From Escherichia coli (GTDB taxonomy: Bacteria > Pseudomonadota > Gammaproteobacteria > Enterobacterales > Enterobacteriaceae), in the NCBI RefSeq assembly GCF_009931435.1, contig NZ_CP043414.1: a DNA stretch of 64,000 nucleotides. The stretch is one strand, 5' to 3'. Under the pieces are notes generated by a model. It searched no databases and was not told where the DNA came from. It worked only from the letters and a program-made list of their open reading frames with translations. A program made the position numbers and the translations under genes. Shown piece by piece: positions 46,272 through 56,267 of the stretch. Every line of letters starts with the position of its first letter. Within the stretch, counting starts at the first letter, position 1.

Positions 46272-46494
46272 GTTTGGCGGGAAATATAAAAAAATGTGAG
46301 GCGGCTCGAAACTTAAGGGCTTTTTGTGAATGAACTCACAGGTGCCAAATGAGAATTAAAATCACTCCTGGGAATTATTATTACCAGCCCATTTATCACT
46401 TTTTCTCTTTTCTCAAAATCAGTGATTCCTTATCATAATGATAAAGCAGGCTGGATGGTTTAAATATTTGAACGCAAACGTTTAACTACGTTTT

Positions 46495-47073
46495 CTAAAT
46501 TTCAGTATACCTTTTTTGCGCTGTAATAAAGTCGTCCGGAGTATCAATATCTAAAATTATTTCTGCATTCTCTATTTCGACGGAATAATGTTCTCCCATA
46601 AGGAGTGCCTGACGCATATTGGTGACATTGGGTCGCTGGGTTGCCTGCATCAGGCATGGCTTTGACACTAAAATCGGATGGCCGGGGATACCTTTATGGA
46701 GTGGCAGTATTGCGCCATCATTACGTAACGACCAGATTTTTCTAAAAATATCGATGGTGAGGGTTGGCATGTCACCGTGGGTGAGAAAACAATGTTCGGT
46801 TTGCACCGCGGGTACTGCGGCCTTTACTGATGTCAGTAAACCCTGCGCATAATTTGGGTTGTGGATAATAGTGATATTACTCTGGTTCGCATAACGTTCG
46901 TGCAGTTCATTACCACGATAGCCGGTGACTAAAATAATTCGGCTACAAAACTGCAACGCATTTTTGATACTTGCATCAAGAATTGTTCCCTCTTGCCAGG
47001 GTAACATCATTTTCCATTGCCCCATTCTTGATGATAATCCGGCAGCGGTAATTATACAGTCGATGGCTGACAT
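46495..47073 (-). CDS. mocA: Molybdenum cofactor cytidylyltransferase
   Basis: Track ORF 192 aa; nucleotidyltransferase N-terminal motif IITAAGLSSRMG. Confidence 0.88.
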   Translation of the reverse strand: MSAIDCIITAAGLSSRMGQWKMMLPWQEGTILDASIKNALQFCSRIILVTGYRGNELHERYANQSNITIIHNPNYAQGLLTSVKAAVPAVQTEHCFLTHGDMPTLTIDIFRKIWSLRNDGAILPLHKGIPGHPILVSKPCLMQATQRPNVTNMRQALLMGEHYSVEIENAEIILDIDTPDDFITAQKRYTEI

Positions 47074-47175
47074 AGTGGTTCCATTATTAATAGGGGCTAA
47101 TAACGCCTGTTAATTGCGTTACTTCCTGATGGATTAAGTTGGGGATAATTTATCCCAGAGAGGTCATAAAGACTC

Positions 47176-47946
47176 GTGAAAAGTATAGTTGACCCATCGG
47201 CATTATTCATTGATTTAGGCGCGCAGAAACGCCCCACTGTGATTTCTGTTGTTGGGGCTGGGGGGAAAACCAGCTTGCTTTTTTGGCTGGCAGAACTGCT
47301 CCAGGCTAGCGGCAGGCGTGTGTTAATCACTACGACGACACATATGTTTATGCCAACGTCTCACTGGCCCGTGGTTTTCTGTCGTGATCCCGCCATGCTT
47401 CCTCATACGTCTCTTACATCCCCCATTTCATTTTGTTTTCACAGCTGGAAAGCGAACCAGGGAAAAGTGCAGGGATTTATGCCAGAAGCGATTGATGCAC
47501 TGGTGCAACGACCAGAGTGTGACGTAATTCTCATTGAGGCAGATGGCTCGCGTGGAATGCCGTTAAAAGCGCCTGATGAGCACGAACCTTGCATACCCAA
47601 AAGCAGTTGCTGCGTGATTGCTGTGATGGGAGGACATATTTTGGGTGCGAAAGTGAGCACAGAAAATGTCCATCGCTGGTCGCAGTTTGCTGATATTACC
47701 GGGTTAACACCTGATGCAACCTTGCAACTGAGCGATCTCGTTGCGCTGGTTCGCCACCCTCAGGGCGCATTTAAAAACGTACCGCAAGGTTGTCGGCGAG
47801 TCTGGTTCATTAACCGTTTTTCTCAATGTGAGAATGCGATTGCGCAAAGCGAGCTCCTTCAACCGCTGCAACAACACGACGTAGAGGCAATCTGGCTGGG
47901 CGATATACAAGAACATCCTGCAATCGCGCGCAGATTTGTGAATTAG
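47176..47946 (+). CDS. yqeC: Selenium-dependent hydroxylase accessory protein YqeC family (GTG start)
   Basis: Track ORF 256 aa; P-loop-like VVGAGGKTS. Confidence 0.85.
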   Translation: MKSIVDPSALFIDLGAQKRPTVISVVGAGGKTSLLFWLAELLQASGRRVLITTTTHMFMPTSHWPVVFCRDPAMLPHTSLTSPISFCFHSWKANQGKVQGFMPEAIDALVQRPECDVILIEADGSRGMPLKAPDEHEPCIPKSSCCVIAVMGGHILGAKVSTENVHRWSQFADITGLTPDATLQLSDLVALVRHPQGAFKNVPQGCRRVWFINRFSQCENAIAQSELLQPLQQHDVEAIWLGDIQEHPAIARRFVN

Positions 47947-47993
47947 CGGCCCGGGTATTCCGGGTTACTGAAAGGATATCCATTGAGGTTGGT

Positions 47994-49619
47994 ATGAATA
48001 TTTTCACAGAGGCTGCAAAACTTGAAGAGCAAAATTGTCCGTTTGCGATGGCGCAAATTGTTGATAGCCGAGGCTCGACTCCCCGCCATTCTGCACAAAT
48101 GTTAGTGCGCGCCGATGGTTCTATCGTCGGTACAATTGGTGGTGGAATGGTTGAGCGGAAGGTGATTGAAGAGTCGCTTCAGGCATTGCAGGAACGTAAG
48201 CCGCGATTATTCCATGGACGTATGGCTCGTAACGGTGTGGATGCTGTCGGGTCAGATTGTGGAGGTGCAATGTCCGTGTTTATCAGCGTCCATGGTATGC
48301 GTCCTCGTCTGGTGTTGATTGGCGCGGGGCATGTCAACCGGGCGATAGCCCAGAGTGCGGCGCTATTAGGATTTGATATTGCCGTTGCCGATATTTATCG
48401 CGAAAGCCTTAATCCTGAATTATTCCCACCATCAACCACGCTTCTCCATGCTGAGTCGTTTGGTGCGGCAGTGGAAGCACTGGATATTCGCCCTGATAAT
48501 TTTGTCCTGATTGCCACGAATAATCAGGATCGTGAAGCCCTCGACAAACTCATTGAACAGCCCATTGCATGGCTGGGGTTGCTGGCAAGTCGCCGCAAGG
48601 TTCAGCTTTTCCTACGTCAATTGCGTGAGAAAGGCGTGGCTGAAGAACATATTGCCCGTTTACATGCGCCCGTTGGTTACAACATAGGTGCGGAAACGCC
48701 GCAGGAGATCGCCATCAGCGTGCTGGCAGAAATATTACAGGTGAAAAATAACGCGCCGGGTGGGCTGATGATGAAACCTTCTCATCCTTCCGGACACCAG
48801 CTGGTGGTGATTCGCGGTGCGGGGGATATCGCCAGTGGTGTGGCGCTACGTCTGTATCATGCGGGTTTTAAAGTGATCATGCTGGAAGTGGAAAAGCCGA
48901 CGGTGATTCGTTGTACCGTGGCGTTTGCCCAGGCTGTGTTCGACGGCGAAATGACGGTCGAAGGTGTTACTGCCCGTCTGGCAACCAGCTCTGCTGAGGC
49001 GATGAAACTTACCGAACGCGGATTCATCCCTGTGATGGTAGATCCCGCCTGTTCATTGCTTGATGAACTGAAACCGCTTTGCGTGGTGGACGCTATTCTG
49101 GCGAAACAGAATTTGGGTACGCGGGCAGATATGGCACCAGTAACAATCGCGCTTGGGCCGGGCTTTACTGCTGGGAAGGATTGCCATGCGGTAATTGAAA
49201 CAAATCGCGGGCACTGGCTCGGTCAGGTGATTTACTCTGGTTGTGCGCAGGAGAATACCGGTGTTCCCGGCAATATTATGGGGCATACCACCCGACGGGT
49301 GATCCGTGCTCCTGCTGCAGGCATTATGCGATCCAACGTGAAATTAGGCGATCTGGTGAAAGAGGGCGATGTGATTGCCTGGATTGGTGAGCATGAAATT
49401 AAAGCACCATTGACGGGGATGGTGCGTGGCTTGTTGAACGACGGACTGGCGGTGGTCGGTGGTTTTAAAATTGGTGATATCGATCCACGTGGTGAAACGG
49501 CTGATTTCACCAGCGTTTCTGATAAAGCCCGGGCAATTGGCGGCGGCGTACTTGAGGCGTTAATGATGTTGATGCATCAGGGCGTTAAAGCGACAAAAGA
49601 AGTGCTGGAAGTGGCTTAA
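47994..49619 (+). CDS. yqeB: Selenium-dependent molybdenum hydroxylase system protein YqeB (XdhC/CoxI-family)
   Basis: Track ORF 541 aa. Confidence 0.85.
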   Translation: MNIFTEAAKLEEQNCPFAMAQIVDSRGSTPRHSAQMLVRADGSIVGTIGGGMVERKVIEESLQALQERKPRLFHGRMARNGVDAVGSDCGGAMSVFISVHGMRPRLVLIGAGHVNRAIAQSAALLGFDIAVADIYRESLNPELFPPSTTLLHAESFGAAVEALDIRPDNFVLIATNNQDREALDKLIEQPIAWLGLLASRRKVQLFLRQLREKGVAEEHIARLHAPVGYNIGAETPQEIAISVLAEILQVKNNAPGGLMMKPSHPSGHQLVVIRGAGDIASGVALRLYHAGFKVIMLEVEKPTVIRCTVAFAQAVFDGEMTVEGVTARLATSSAEAMKLTERGFIPVMVDPACSLLDELKPLCVVDAILAKQNLGTRADMAPVTIALGPGFTAGKDCHAVIETNRGHWLGQVIYSGCAQENTGVPGNIMGHTTRRVIRAPAAGIMRSNVKLGDLVKEGDVIAWIGEHEIKAPLTGMVRGLLNDGLAVVGGFKIGDIDPRGETADFTSVSDKARAIGGGVLEALMMLMHQGVKATKEVLEVA

Positions 49620-49659
49620 ATGAAAATGGCCGGATGGTATTACCCACCCGGCCTTTAAA

Positions 49660-50592
49660 TTACTGACAAATCACCGTTCCGGTTTTGCCTTCAATCCCTT
49701 CTTTCGCTTTGCTCAATACGGTAATCAGTGCTTCGCGTCCAGCGCGAGAGCGAGCAAACGAGGCGGCTGCTTCCACTTTAGGCAGCATAGAACCTTTCGC
49801 AAAATGACCTTCTTCGATAAAGCGTTCAGCATCACTTAATGACAGGCGATCGAGCCACTGTTCGTTCTCTTTACCGAAGTTAATGGCCACTTTTTCTACC
49901 GCAGTCAGAATGATCAGCATATCGGCATCAATCATTTCTGCTAAACGGGCGCTGGCCCAGTCTTTATCGATAACCGCACTGGCACCGCGCAGATGGTTGC
50001 CTTCACGAATAACAGGAATGCCACCACCGCCAACGGTGATCACCACCTGGCCTGCTTCTACCAGCGCTTTTACCGTCTCTTTTTCAATGATATCAACCGG
50101 TTTTGGTGAAGCAACAACACGGCGATAGCCGCGACCAGCATCTTCTTTCAGGGTGTAGCCCTGTTTTGTCAGAAGTTCAGCTTCCTGCTCGGTAAAGAAC
50201 GAACCGATCGGTTTGGTCGGGTTGAGGAATGCCGGATCGTTAGCGTCGACTTCGACCTGGGTCACCAGAGTGACAACGGGTTTATGAATGCCACGGGAGA
50301 GCAACTCTTCCCTTAAGGCGTTTTGCAAATCGTAACCAATATATCCCTGGCTTAAGGCAACACAGACAGACATCGGCAGCATTGGCGAGTGCGCTTCAGT
50401 TTTTGCGGCGGCTTCAAAGGCCTGGTTAATCATGCCTACCTGCGGCCCGTTACCATGAGTGACGATGACCTCATGTCCCTGGGCAATTAAATCAACAATT
50501 GCCTGAGACGTAATTTTTACCGCTTTCATTTGTCCGGCTAGATCGTCGCCCAGCGCATTCCCGCCCAGGGCGAGAACAATTTTCTTACTCAT
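49660..50592 (-). CDS. yqeA: Carbamate kinase-like protein
   Basis: Track ORF 310 aa; amino acid kinase family N-terminus MSKKIVLALGGNALG. Confidence 0.88.
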   Translation of the reverse strand: MSKKIVLALGGNALGDDLAGQMKAVKITSQAIVDLIAQGHEVIVTHGNGPQVGMINQAFEAAAKTEAHSPMLPMSVCVALSQGYIGYDLQNALREELLSRGIHKPVVTLVTQVEVDANDPAFLNPTKPIGSFFTEQEAELLTKQGYTLKEDAGRGYRRVVASPKPVDIIEKETVKALVEAGQVVITVGGGGIPVIREGNHLRGASAVIDKDWASARLAEMIDADMLIILTAVEKVAINFGKENEQWLDRLSLSDAERFIEEGHFAKGSMLPKVEAAASFARSRAGREALITVLSKAKEGIEGKTGTVICQ

Positions 50593-50639
50593 TTTTCCTC
50601 ACTCATCATTCTTGATTGTGTATAGATCCCTGGCAGTGG

Positions 50640-52025
50640 TTAGAGCACGGGAGGGACAAACGGTTTGCGTCGCAGGAAACGACCTCGCCCGGCTTTACCT
50701 GTAAAGGTGCCGTCACAGAAAATCGTTTCACCACGGGATAATGTTCTGACAATCGCGCCCTGACAGGTAAACCCCTCCCAGGGCGAGTAGTCGGCGTTGT
50801 CGTGGAGATGGCTATGCTGAATTTGTTGGCTCTGACGTGGGTCGATAATCACCACGTCACCATCGGAACCGGGCGCTAATATCCCTTTTTGCGGCCACAG
50901 GCCAAACAGCCTGGCGGGCATTGCACTGGTTAGTTCAACAAAACGTTCCGGTGTTATACGTCCCGTCATCACTCCACTGGAAAACAGTAACTGCATGCGG
51001 TTTTCCACACCGGGTAAGCCATTTGGGCAGCGACTGAAATCGCCTTTAGAAATTTGCAGGCGTTGAGCCATCGAGAAGGTGCAGTGATCGGTCGCCACCA
51101 CGTCAATCGCACCATCACTAATGCCACACCACAGTTTGTCCTGCTCGCGTACGTTACGCAGTGGTGGGCTAAGAATGAACTTCATGCCGTCTTCTGTATC
51201 GTAACTGCGTTCGTCCAGCAGGAGATATTGCGGGCAGGTTTCAACCCAGACTGGCTGCTGATTCGCGCGGGCAAGACGCAGATAATCCAGACCTAAGCCG
51301 TTAGAGAGGTGGACGATATAGAGCGGGGCGTTACCGGCAATTTGTGCCAGGTTAATCATGCGGGCGATGGCTTCCGCTTCGCATTCCAGAGGGCGACTCA
51401 AGGCGTGATAGCGCGGCGCGGTTAACCCTGCGGCAATAAACTCCGCCCGCTTGCTGGCGATAGCCGCGTCATTTTCCGGGTGCACGGTGGTCAGTGCGCC
51501 AGACTCATGCAAGCGGCGTAATGCCTGCAACACTTCATCATCGTTGAGTTTATATTGATAGGTTAAATAGAGTTTAAAACTGCTCAGCCCTTCTTCGACC
51601 ATCATCGGAATTTCGTCGAGGATGGCGTGATTAATGTGCTGGATAACACCGTGAAAGCTGTAGTCAATAACCGCTTTATGGGCGGCATAACCACGATAAA
51701 CTTCCAGTTGATGGCGTAATCGGCAGCCATTTGGTCCAAATCCCATATGGTCAATAATGGTTGTTGTACCGCCACACGCAGCTGCGCGGGTACCGGTAAA
51801 AAAATCATCACAACTGCGCGCGATGCCGACATCAATATTGAAGTGTGTATGGACATCTACGCCGCCAGGGAAAACGTAACAGCCAGTAGCATCAATTTCT
51901 TCATAAGGGAGCTGCGGCGAAATATCGGAGCCCAACTGGCGAACAATCCCGCTTTCAATCAGCAAATCTTGTTTGGCTTGTCCATCTGCGTTAACGACAG
52001 TGCCGTTTTTGATCAATACGCGCAT
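50640..52025 (-). CDS. hyuA: D-phenylhydantoinase / dihydropyrimidinase-family cyclic amidohydrolase
   Basis: Track ORF 50640..52037; recognised start MRVLIKNGTVVNADG; HxH motif VDVHTHF; 461 aa. Confidence 0.9.
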   Translation of the reverse strand: MRVLIKNGTVVNADGQAKQDLLIESGIVRQLGSDISPQLPYEEIDATGCYVFPGGVDVHTHFNIDVGIARSCDDFFTGTRAAACGGTTTIIDHMGFGPNGCRLRHQLEVYRGYAAHKAVIDYSFHGVIQHINHAILDEIPMMVEEGLSSFKLYLTYQYKLNDDEVLQALRRLHESGALTTVHPENDAAIASKRAEFIAAGLTAPRYHALSRPLECEAEAIARMINLAQIAGNAPLYIVHLSNGLGLDYLRLARANQQPVWVETCPQYLLLDERSYDTEDGMKFILSPPLRNVREQDKLWCGISDGAIDVVATDHCTFSMAQRLQISKGDFSRCPNGLPGVENRMQLLFSSGVMTGRITPERFVELTSAMPARLFGLWPQKGILAPGSDGDVVIIDPRQSQQIQHSHLHDNADYSPWEGFTCQGAIVRTLSRGETIFCDGTFTGKAGRGRFLRRKPFVPPVL

Positions 52026-52077
52026 AGCAAACTCCAAAAACCCTCCGGCGAACCGGAGGGGAATAAGTGAAGAGTAA

Positions 52078-53289
52078 TTATTCGGTTGCCAGCCAGCTTA
52101 ACGGGATTGCAGCGTACATCGCGGCACAGGTCACCAGGTGAGATTTCCAGGTTTTTTCGTTAGGTGCATGCGCTTCAGGTTCTTTACCCGGGCCAAAGCC
52201 GATCACCGGAATGCCGTGACGACCCATGATAGATACGCCGTTAGTTGAGAAGGTCCACTTATCAACAACCGGCGCTTTGCCAAACAGACCTTCGTAGGCA
52301 TTCACCAGTGCTTTAACAGTGAAGTGATCTTCTTCCACTTTCCAGGTCGGGAAGTAGCATTCGGTTGGGTAAACCAGGCCAGTCCAGGACGGACGGTCGT
52401 AGTTGTACATAGAAACAACCGCGTTAGCTTTCTGTACCGCAGGCAGGGCGCGGATTTCGTCCAGCGCGCCTTCCCAGGTTTCGCCCCAGGTCAGACGACG
52501 GTCGATTGAAACTGCGCAGCTATCTGCTACAGCGCAACGGCTTGGGGATGTGAAGAAAATTTCAGAAACGGTGAGGGTGCCTTTGCCGAGGAATTCATCA
52601 TAGCCCAGGCGCTGGGAGAGTTCTTGTAATTCGCCAAGAATCGGACCCATTTTGAAAATGGCGTTGTCACCGCGTTCTGGTGCAGAACCGTGGCAGCTAA
52701 CACCCTGAACATCAATGCGAATTTCCATACGACCGCGTTGACCACGGTATACCTGGCAATCAGTCGGTTCAGTACTGACCACAAATTCCGGGCGAATGCC
52801 GGATTGTTCAATAATGTACTGCCAGCACAGACCGTCGCAGTCTTCTTCCTGCACCGTACCGGTAACCAGCAGGGTATATTCATCTTCCAGACCGAGGTCT
52901 TTAATGATTTTACCGGCATAAACCATAGAGGCCATGCCGCCTTCCTGGTCGGAAGTACCGCGACCACCGATCAGTTCATCAGTTTCCATGCCTTCGTACG
53001 GATCGAAGTCCCAGTTTTTGATGTTGCCAATGCCGACGGTATCAATATGAGCATCCATTGCCACCAGACGCGGGCCGTGACCGATATAACCGAGAACGTT
53101 GCCCATCGGGTCGATTTCAACTTTATCGAAGCCGACTTTTTCCATCTCTTCTTTAATACGATGCACTACGCGTTTTTCGTCGCAGCTTTCGCTGGGGATC
53201 GCAACCATGTCGCGCAGGAAGCGAGTCATGTCTGCCTGGTAATCTTTTGCTTTTTCAAGAATCAGTTTGAATGGAATATTCTTAGCCAT
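52078..53289 (-). CDS. ygeY: M20-family peptidase / amidohydrolase YgeY
   Basis: Track ORF 403 aa. Confidence 0.88.
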
Positions 53290-53346
53290 TATTTTTCTCC
53301 AGATTTTTTACTCCCCGTTTTGCGGGGAGCAGTTCCAATAGGGTGA

Positions 53347-54543
53347 TTAAGGTGCTACAGAGTGTTTGCCTTCCCAGACAACTTCGCGGTAGTGCTTCAC
53401 GTCGGTGTCGCCTTCAGTGCTGATAACCAGCACCACTGCATCTTTGTTCAGCGCTAGTTTTTCCATCAGGCTTTGACGTTGCGGGTGATAATGAACCGCC
53501 GCGAGAACGCCCAAACCGACAGCGCCGGATTCACCGGAGATGATGCGCGGGTCGTTGCCGTACGGATTACCCAGCACGCGCATACCTAATGCGGCAACGC
53601 TGTCCTGGCAGGAGATGAATTGGGTGGCGCAGTTACGTAGGATTTCCCAGCCCAGTGGGTTAGGTTCGCCGCAAGCCAGGCCCGCCATGATAGTGGCCAT
53701 ATCGCCGCCAACGTTGACGATGTCGCCTTTGACACCAGAACGATAGATACAGTCAGCTTTGTCAGGTTCAACAATAATGCTGTGCAGGTTTTGCGGGCTG
53801 TAGACGTCGACCAGATAACCCAGTACGCCGCCGGCCATCGCGCCGACACCGGCTTGCAGCAGAACGTGAGTTGGGGTTACGCCCATTTCACGCATTTGCT
53901 CGACGGCTTCATCTGCCAGAGTGGCATAGCCCTGCATGATCCAGGTTGGGATTTTGGTGTAGCCTTCCCAGGCGGTATCTTGCACCACTTCCCAGCCGTG
54001 TTGCTGCGCGTGTTGCATGGTCAGGCGAACGGTATCGTCATAGTTCATATCAGTGACGATGCACTCGGCTCCGAGGTTCAGAATGGCGTCAACGCGTTCC
54101 TGAGCGGAACCTTTCGGCATGTAAATTACCGCGTTCTGACCGAGTTGCTGTGCTGCCCAGGCAACACCGCGCCCGTGGTTGCCGTCGGTCGTTGTAGCAA
54201 ATGTCATTTTTTCGCCGATGGCATTTTTCAGATGCTCGAATGACAGTGTTTCGATATCAAGATGATATTTTTCGCACAACAACTGAGCGATGGCATATGC
54301 GCCGCCGAGCATTTTGAATGCGTTCAGACCGAATCGTTTTGATTCGTCCTTAACGAGAATTTTTTTCACCCCAAAAAGGTTTGCGAGATCGTCCAGCGCG
54401 CAAAGTGGTGTTGGGCGATAGCCAGCAATTTTCTGGTGGAACTGGCGCGCCAGTTTTGCCTGGCTTTGCGAAAAGAGCGGTGATGTTTCGCCGTTGAAAA
54501 ATTTGTTATCGGCGATATCAATCTTCAATGAGAAAACGGACAT
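53347..54543 (-). CDS. dpaL: PLP-dependent diaminopropionate ammonia-lyase
   Basis: Track ORF 398 aa; recognised YgeX/DpaL sequence. Confidence 0.88.
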   Translation of the reverse strand: MSVFSLKIDIADNKFFNGETSPLFSQSQAKLARQFHQKIAGYRPTPLCALDDLANLFGVKKILVKDESKRFGLNAFKMLGGAYAIAQLLCEKYHLDIETLSFEHLKNAIGEKMTFATTTDGNHGRGVAWAAQQLGQNAVIYMPKGSAQERVDAILNLGAECIVTDMNYDDTVRLTMQHAQQHGWEVVQDTAWEGYTKIPTWIMQGYATLADEAVEQMREMGVTPTHVLLQAGVGAMAGGVLGYLVDVYSPQNLHSIIVEPDKADCIYRSGVKGDIVNVGGDMATIMAGLACGEPNPLGWEILRNCATQFISCQDSVAALGMRVLGNPYGNDPRIISGESGAVGLGVLAAVHYHPQRQSLMEKLALNKDAVVLVISTEGDTDVKHYREVVWEGKHSVAP

Positions 54544-54601
54544 ATCCTATCCTTTTGGCCTCTGGAAATAGAGAGCCGACCTGTCGATCGGCCCGAGGGG
54601 G

Positions 54602-55792
54602 TTATTTCACGCGTTCTTGCGCTTCTTTCAGCAGTTGTTCGAGCAGTGCGCCTGGTTTGGAATATTTACGGGAAAGGATCATTGCTGCGATGATGTATGG
54701 CTTCCAGCTGGCTTCTTTGTAGGTCGCGATACGGTATTTTTCGAATACGCCTTCAGTGACTTCACCTTCTTTGCAGGATACGCCGCTGATATCTGCTGGC
54801 AGGCAGTGCATGTACAGGGCTTCGCCATCACGGGTCAGTTCCATCATCTCTTCAGTGCAATGCCAGTCTTTGTGTTGCGCGTTCTGTGCCAGACACTGTT
54901 TTTCCAGTGCTTTTAAGCCTTCGTGATCGTTCGCACGCAGCAGTTCAGTACGCTCTTCCATCACTTTGTAAGGTGCCCATGACTTCGGATAAACGATGTC
55001 TGCGTCTTTGAAGGCTTCTTCCATGCTGGTGACCTGACGGAAGCTACCGCCAGAGGCTTTAGCATTATTTTTAGCTACTTCAACTACATCCGGGATCAAA
55101 TCGTAGCCTTCCGGATGGGCCAGGGTGACATCCATACCGAAGCGGGTCATCAGGCCGATAATGCCTTGCGGTACAGAGAGCGGTTTGCCGTAGCTTGGCG
55201 AGTATGCCCAAGTCATGGCGATTTTTTTACCTTTCAGGTTTTCGAGCGAACCAAAGTGTTCACGCAACCATGCCAGGTCAGCCATTGACTGAGTCGGATG
55301 GTCGATATCGCATTGTAGGTTCACTAAAGCCGGACGCTGTGGAAGCACGCCCTGCTTGTAGCCGTCATCAAGCGCAGCGCCAACTTCACGCATATAGGCG
55401 TTACCTGCGCCCAGATACATATCGTCACGAATACCAATAGCGTCGGCGCAGAAGGAGATCATATTGGCGGTTTCACGTACGGTTTCGCCGTGAGCGATTT
55501 GTGATTTGCCTTCGTCGAGATCTTGCTGTGCAAGGCCGAGCAGGTTAAGCGCGGAAGCATAAGAGAAGCGGGTACGGGTGGAGTTGTCGCGGAATACGGA
55601 AATACCTAATCCACTATTAAAGACTTTGGTTGAGATGTTTTCAGCACGCAGTGCTTTTAATGCTGCGGCAACGTCCAGTACTTGTTTCAGTTCATCAGGC
55701 GTCTGTTCCCACGTTAACAAAAAATCTTTCTCGTGAAGGTGAGAGGTCAGCGAATTGATATCCTTAATCAGCTCATTAACAGTTTTCATCAT
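54602..55792 (-). CDS. ygeW: Knotted carbamoyltransferase YgeW (ATCase/OTCase fold)
   Basis: Track ORF 396 aa; carbamoyl-phosphate-binding STRTR motif. Confidence 0.88.
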   Translation of the reverse strand: MMKTVNELIKDINSLTSHLHEKDFLLTWEQTPDELKQVLDVAAALKALRAENISTKVFNSGLGISVFRDNSTRTRFSYASALNLLGLAQQDLDEGKSQIAHGETVRETANMISFCADAIGIRDDMYLGAGNAYMREVGAALDDGYKQGVLPQRPALVNLQCDIDHPTQSMADLAWLREHFGSLENLKGKKIAMTWAYSPSYGKPLSVPQGIIGLMTRFGMDVTLAHPEGYDLIPDVVEVAKNNAKASGGSFRQVTSMEEAFKDADIVYPKSWAPYKVMEERTELLRANDHEGLKALEKQCLAQNAQHKDWHCTEEMMELTRDGEALYMHCLPADISGVSCKEGEVTEGVFEKYRIATYKEASWKPYIIAAMILSRKYSKPGALLEQLLKEAQERVK

Positions 55793-55882
55793 AAAGTCCC
55801 GGTAGTGGAATGACAGGCAAAGTGGTTTATTTCACTGTGACTTGCCAAAGTGATTGGTGTTTTCACAGCTATACCAGGGACT

Positions 55883-55899
55883 AACAATAAGTGTGCCAG
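55883..55899 (-). promoter_or_regulatory. Candidate sigma54-like promoter upstream of ygeW: minus strand CTGGCACACTTATTGTT (perfect TGGCAC, -12 TTGT)
   Basis: Read directly; ~95 nt upstream of ygeW ATG; -12 GC replaced by GT. Confidence 0.3.
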
Positions 55900-56267
55900 A
55901 ATTATCCACACGGCTATAAAAGACTAATTTGACGGGTAATGTGTGGTGTAGATCACAAATTGATGCCAGCTTCCGGTTGTGTGTAAAATACGAAAACGTT
56001 TGGCTTTTTTTATTGCGTTGTTTATTTGCTGCTAAGTATCAGAAATAAGATAAAGGGGCAGGCTATCCCTCGTCAGTTTGATAAACTCACCGCTGTAATT
56101 CTCATATTGATATAGAAATGTGATATCTCTTCCATAATTTCATTAGAAAGTGATAAAAACCTTATGTTTTTATCAAAGCCAATTTCGCCTGAGTTAATAT
56201 CATGATGATCTGTGAACCATCAACGTCTTCAATGATCGACTTTTAAGTAAGTCTGGAAGGTAAAGCT

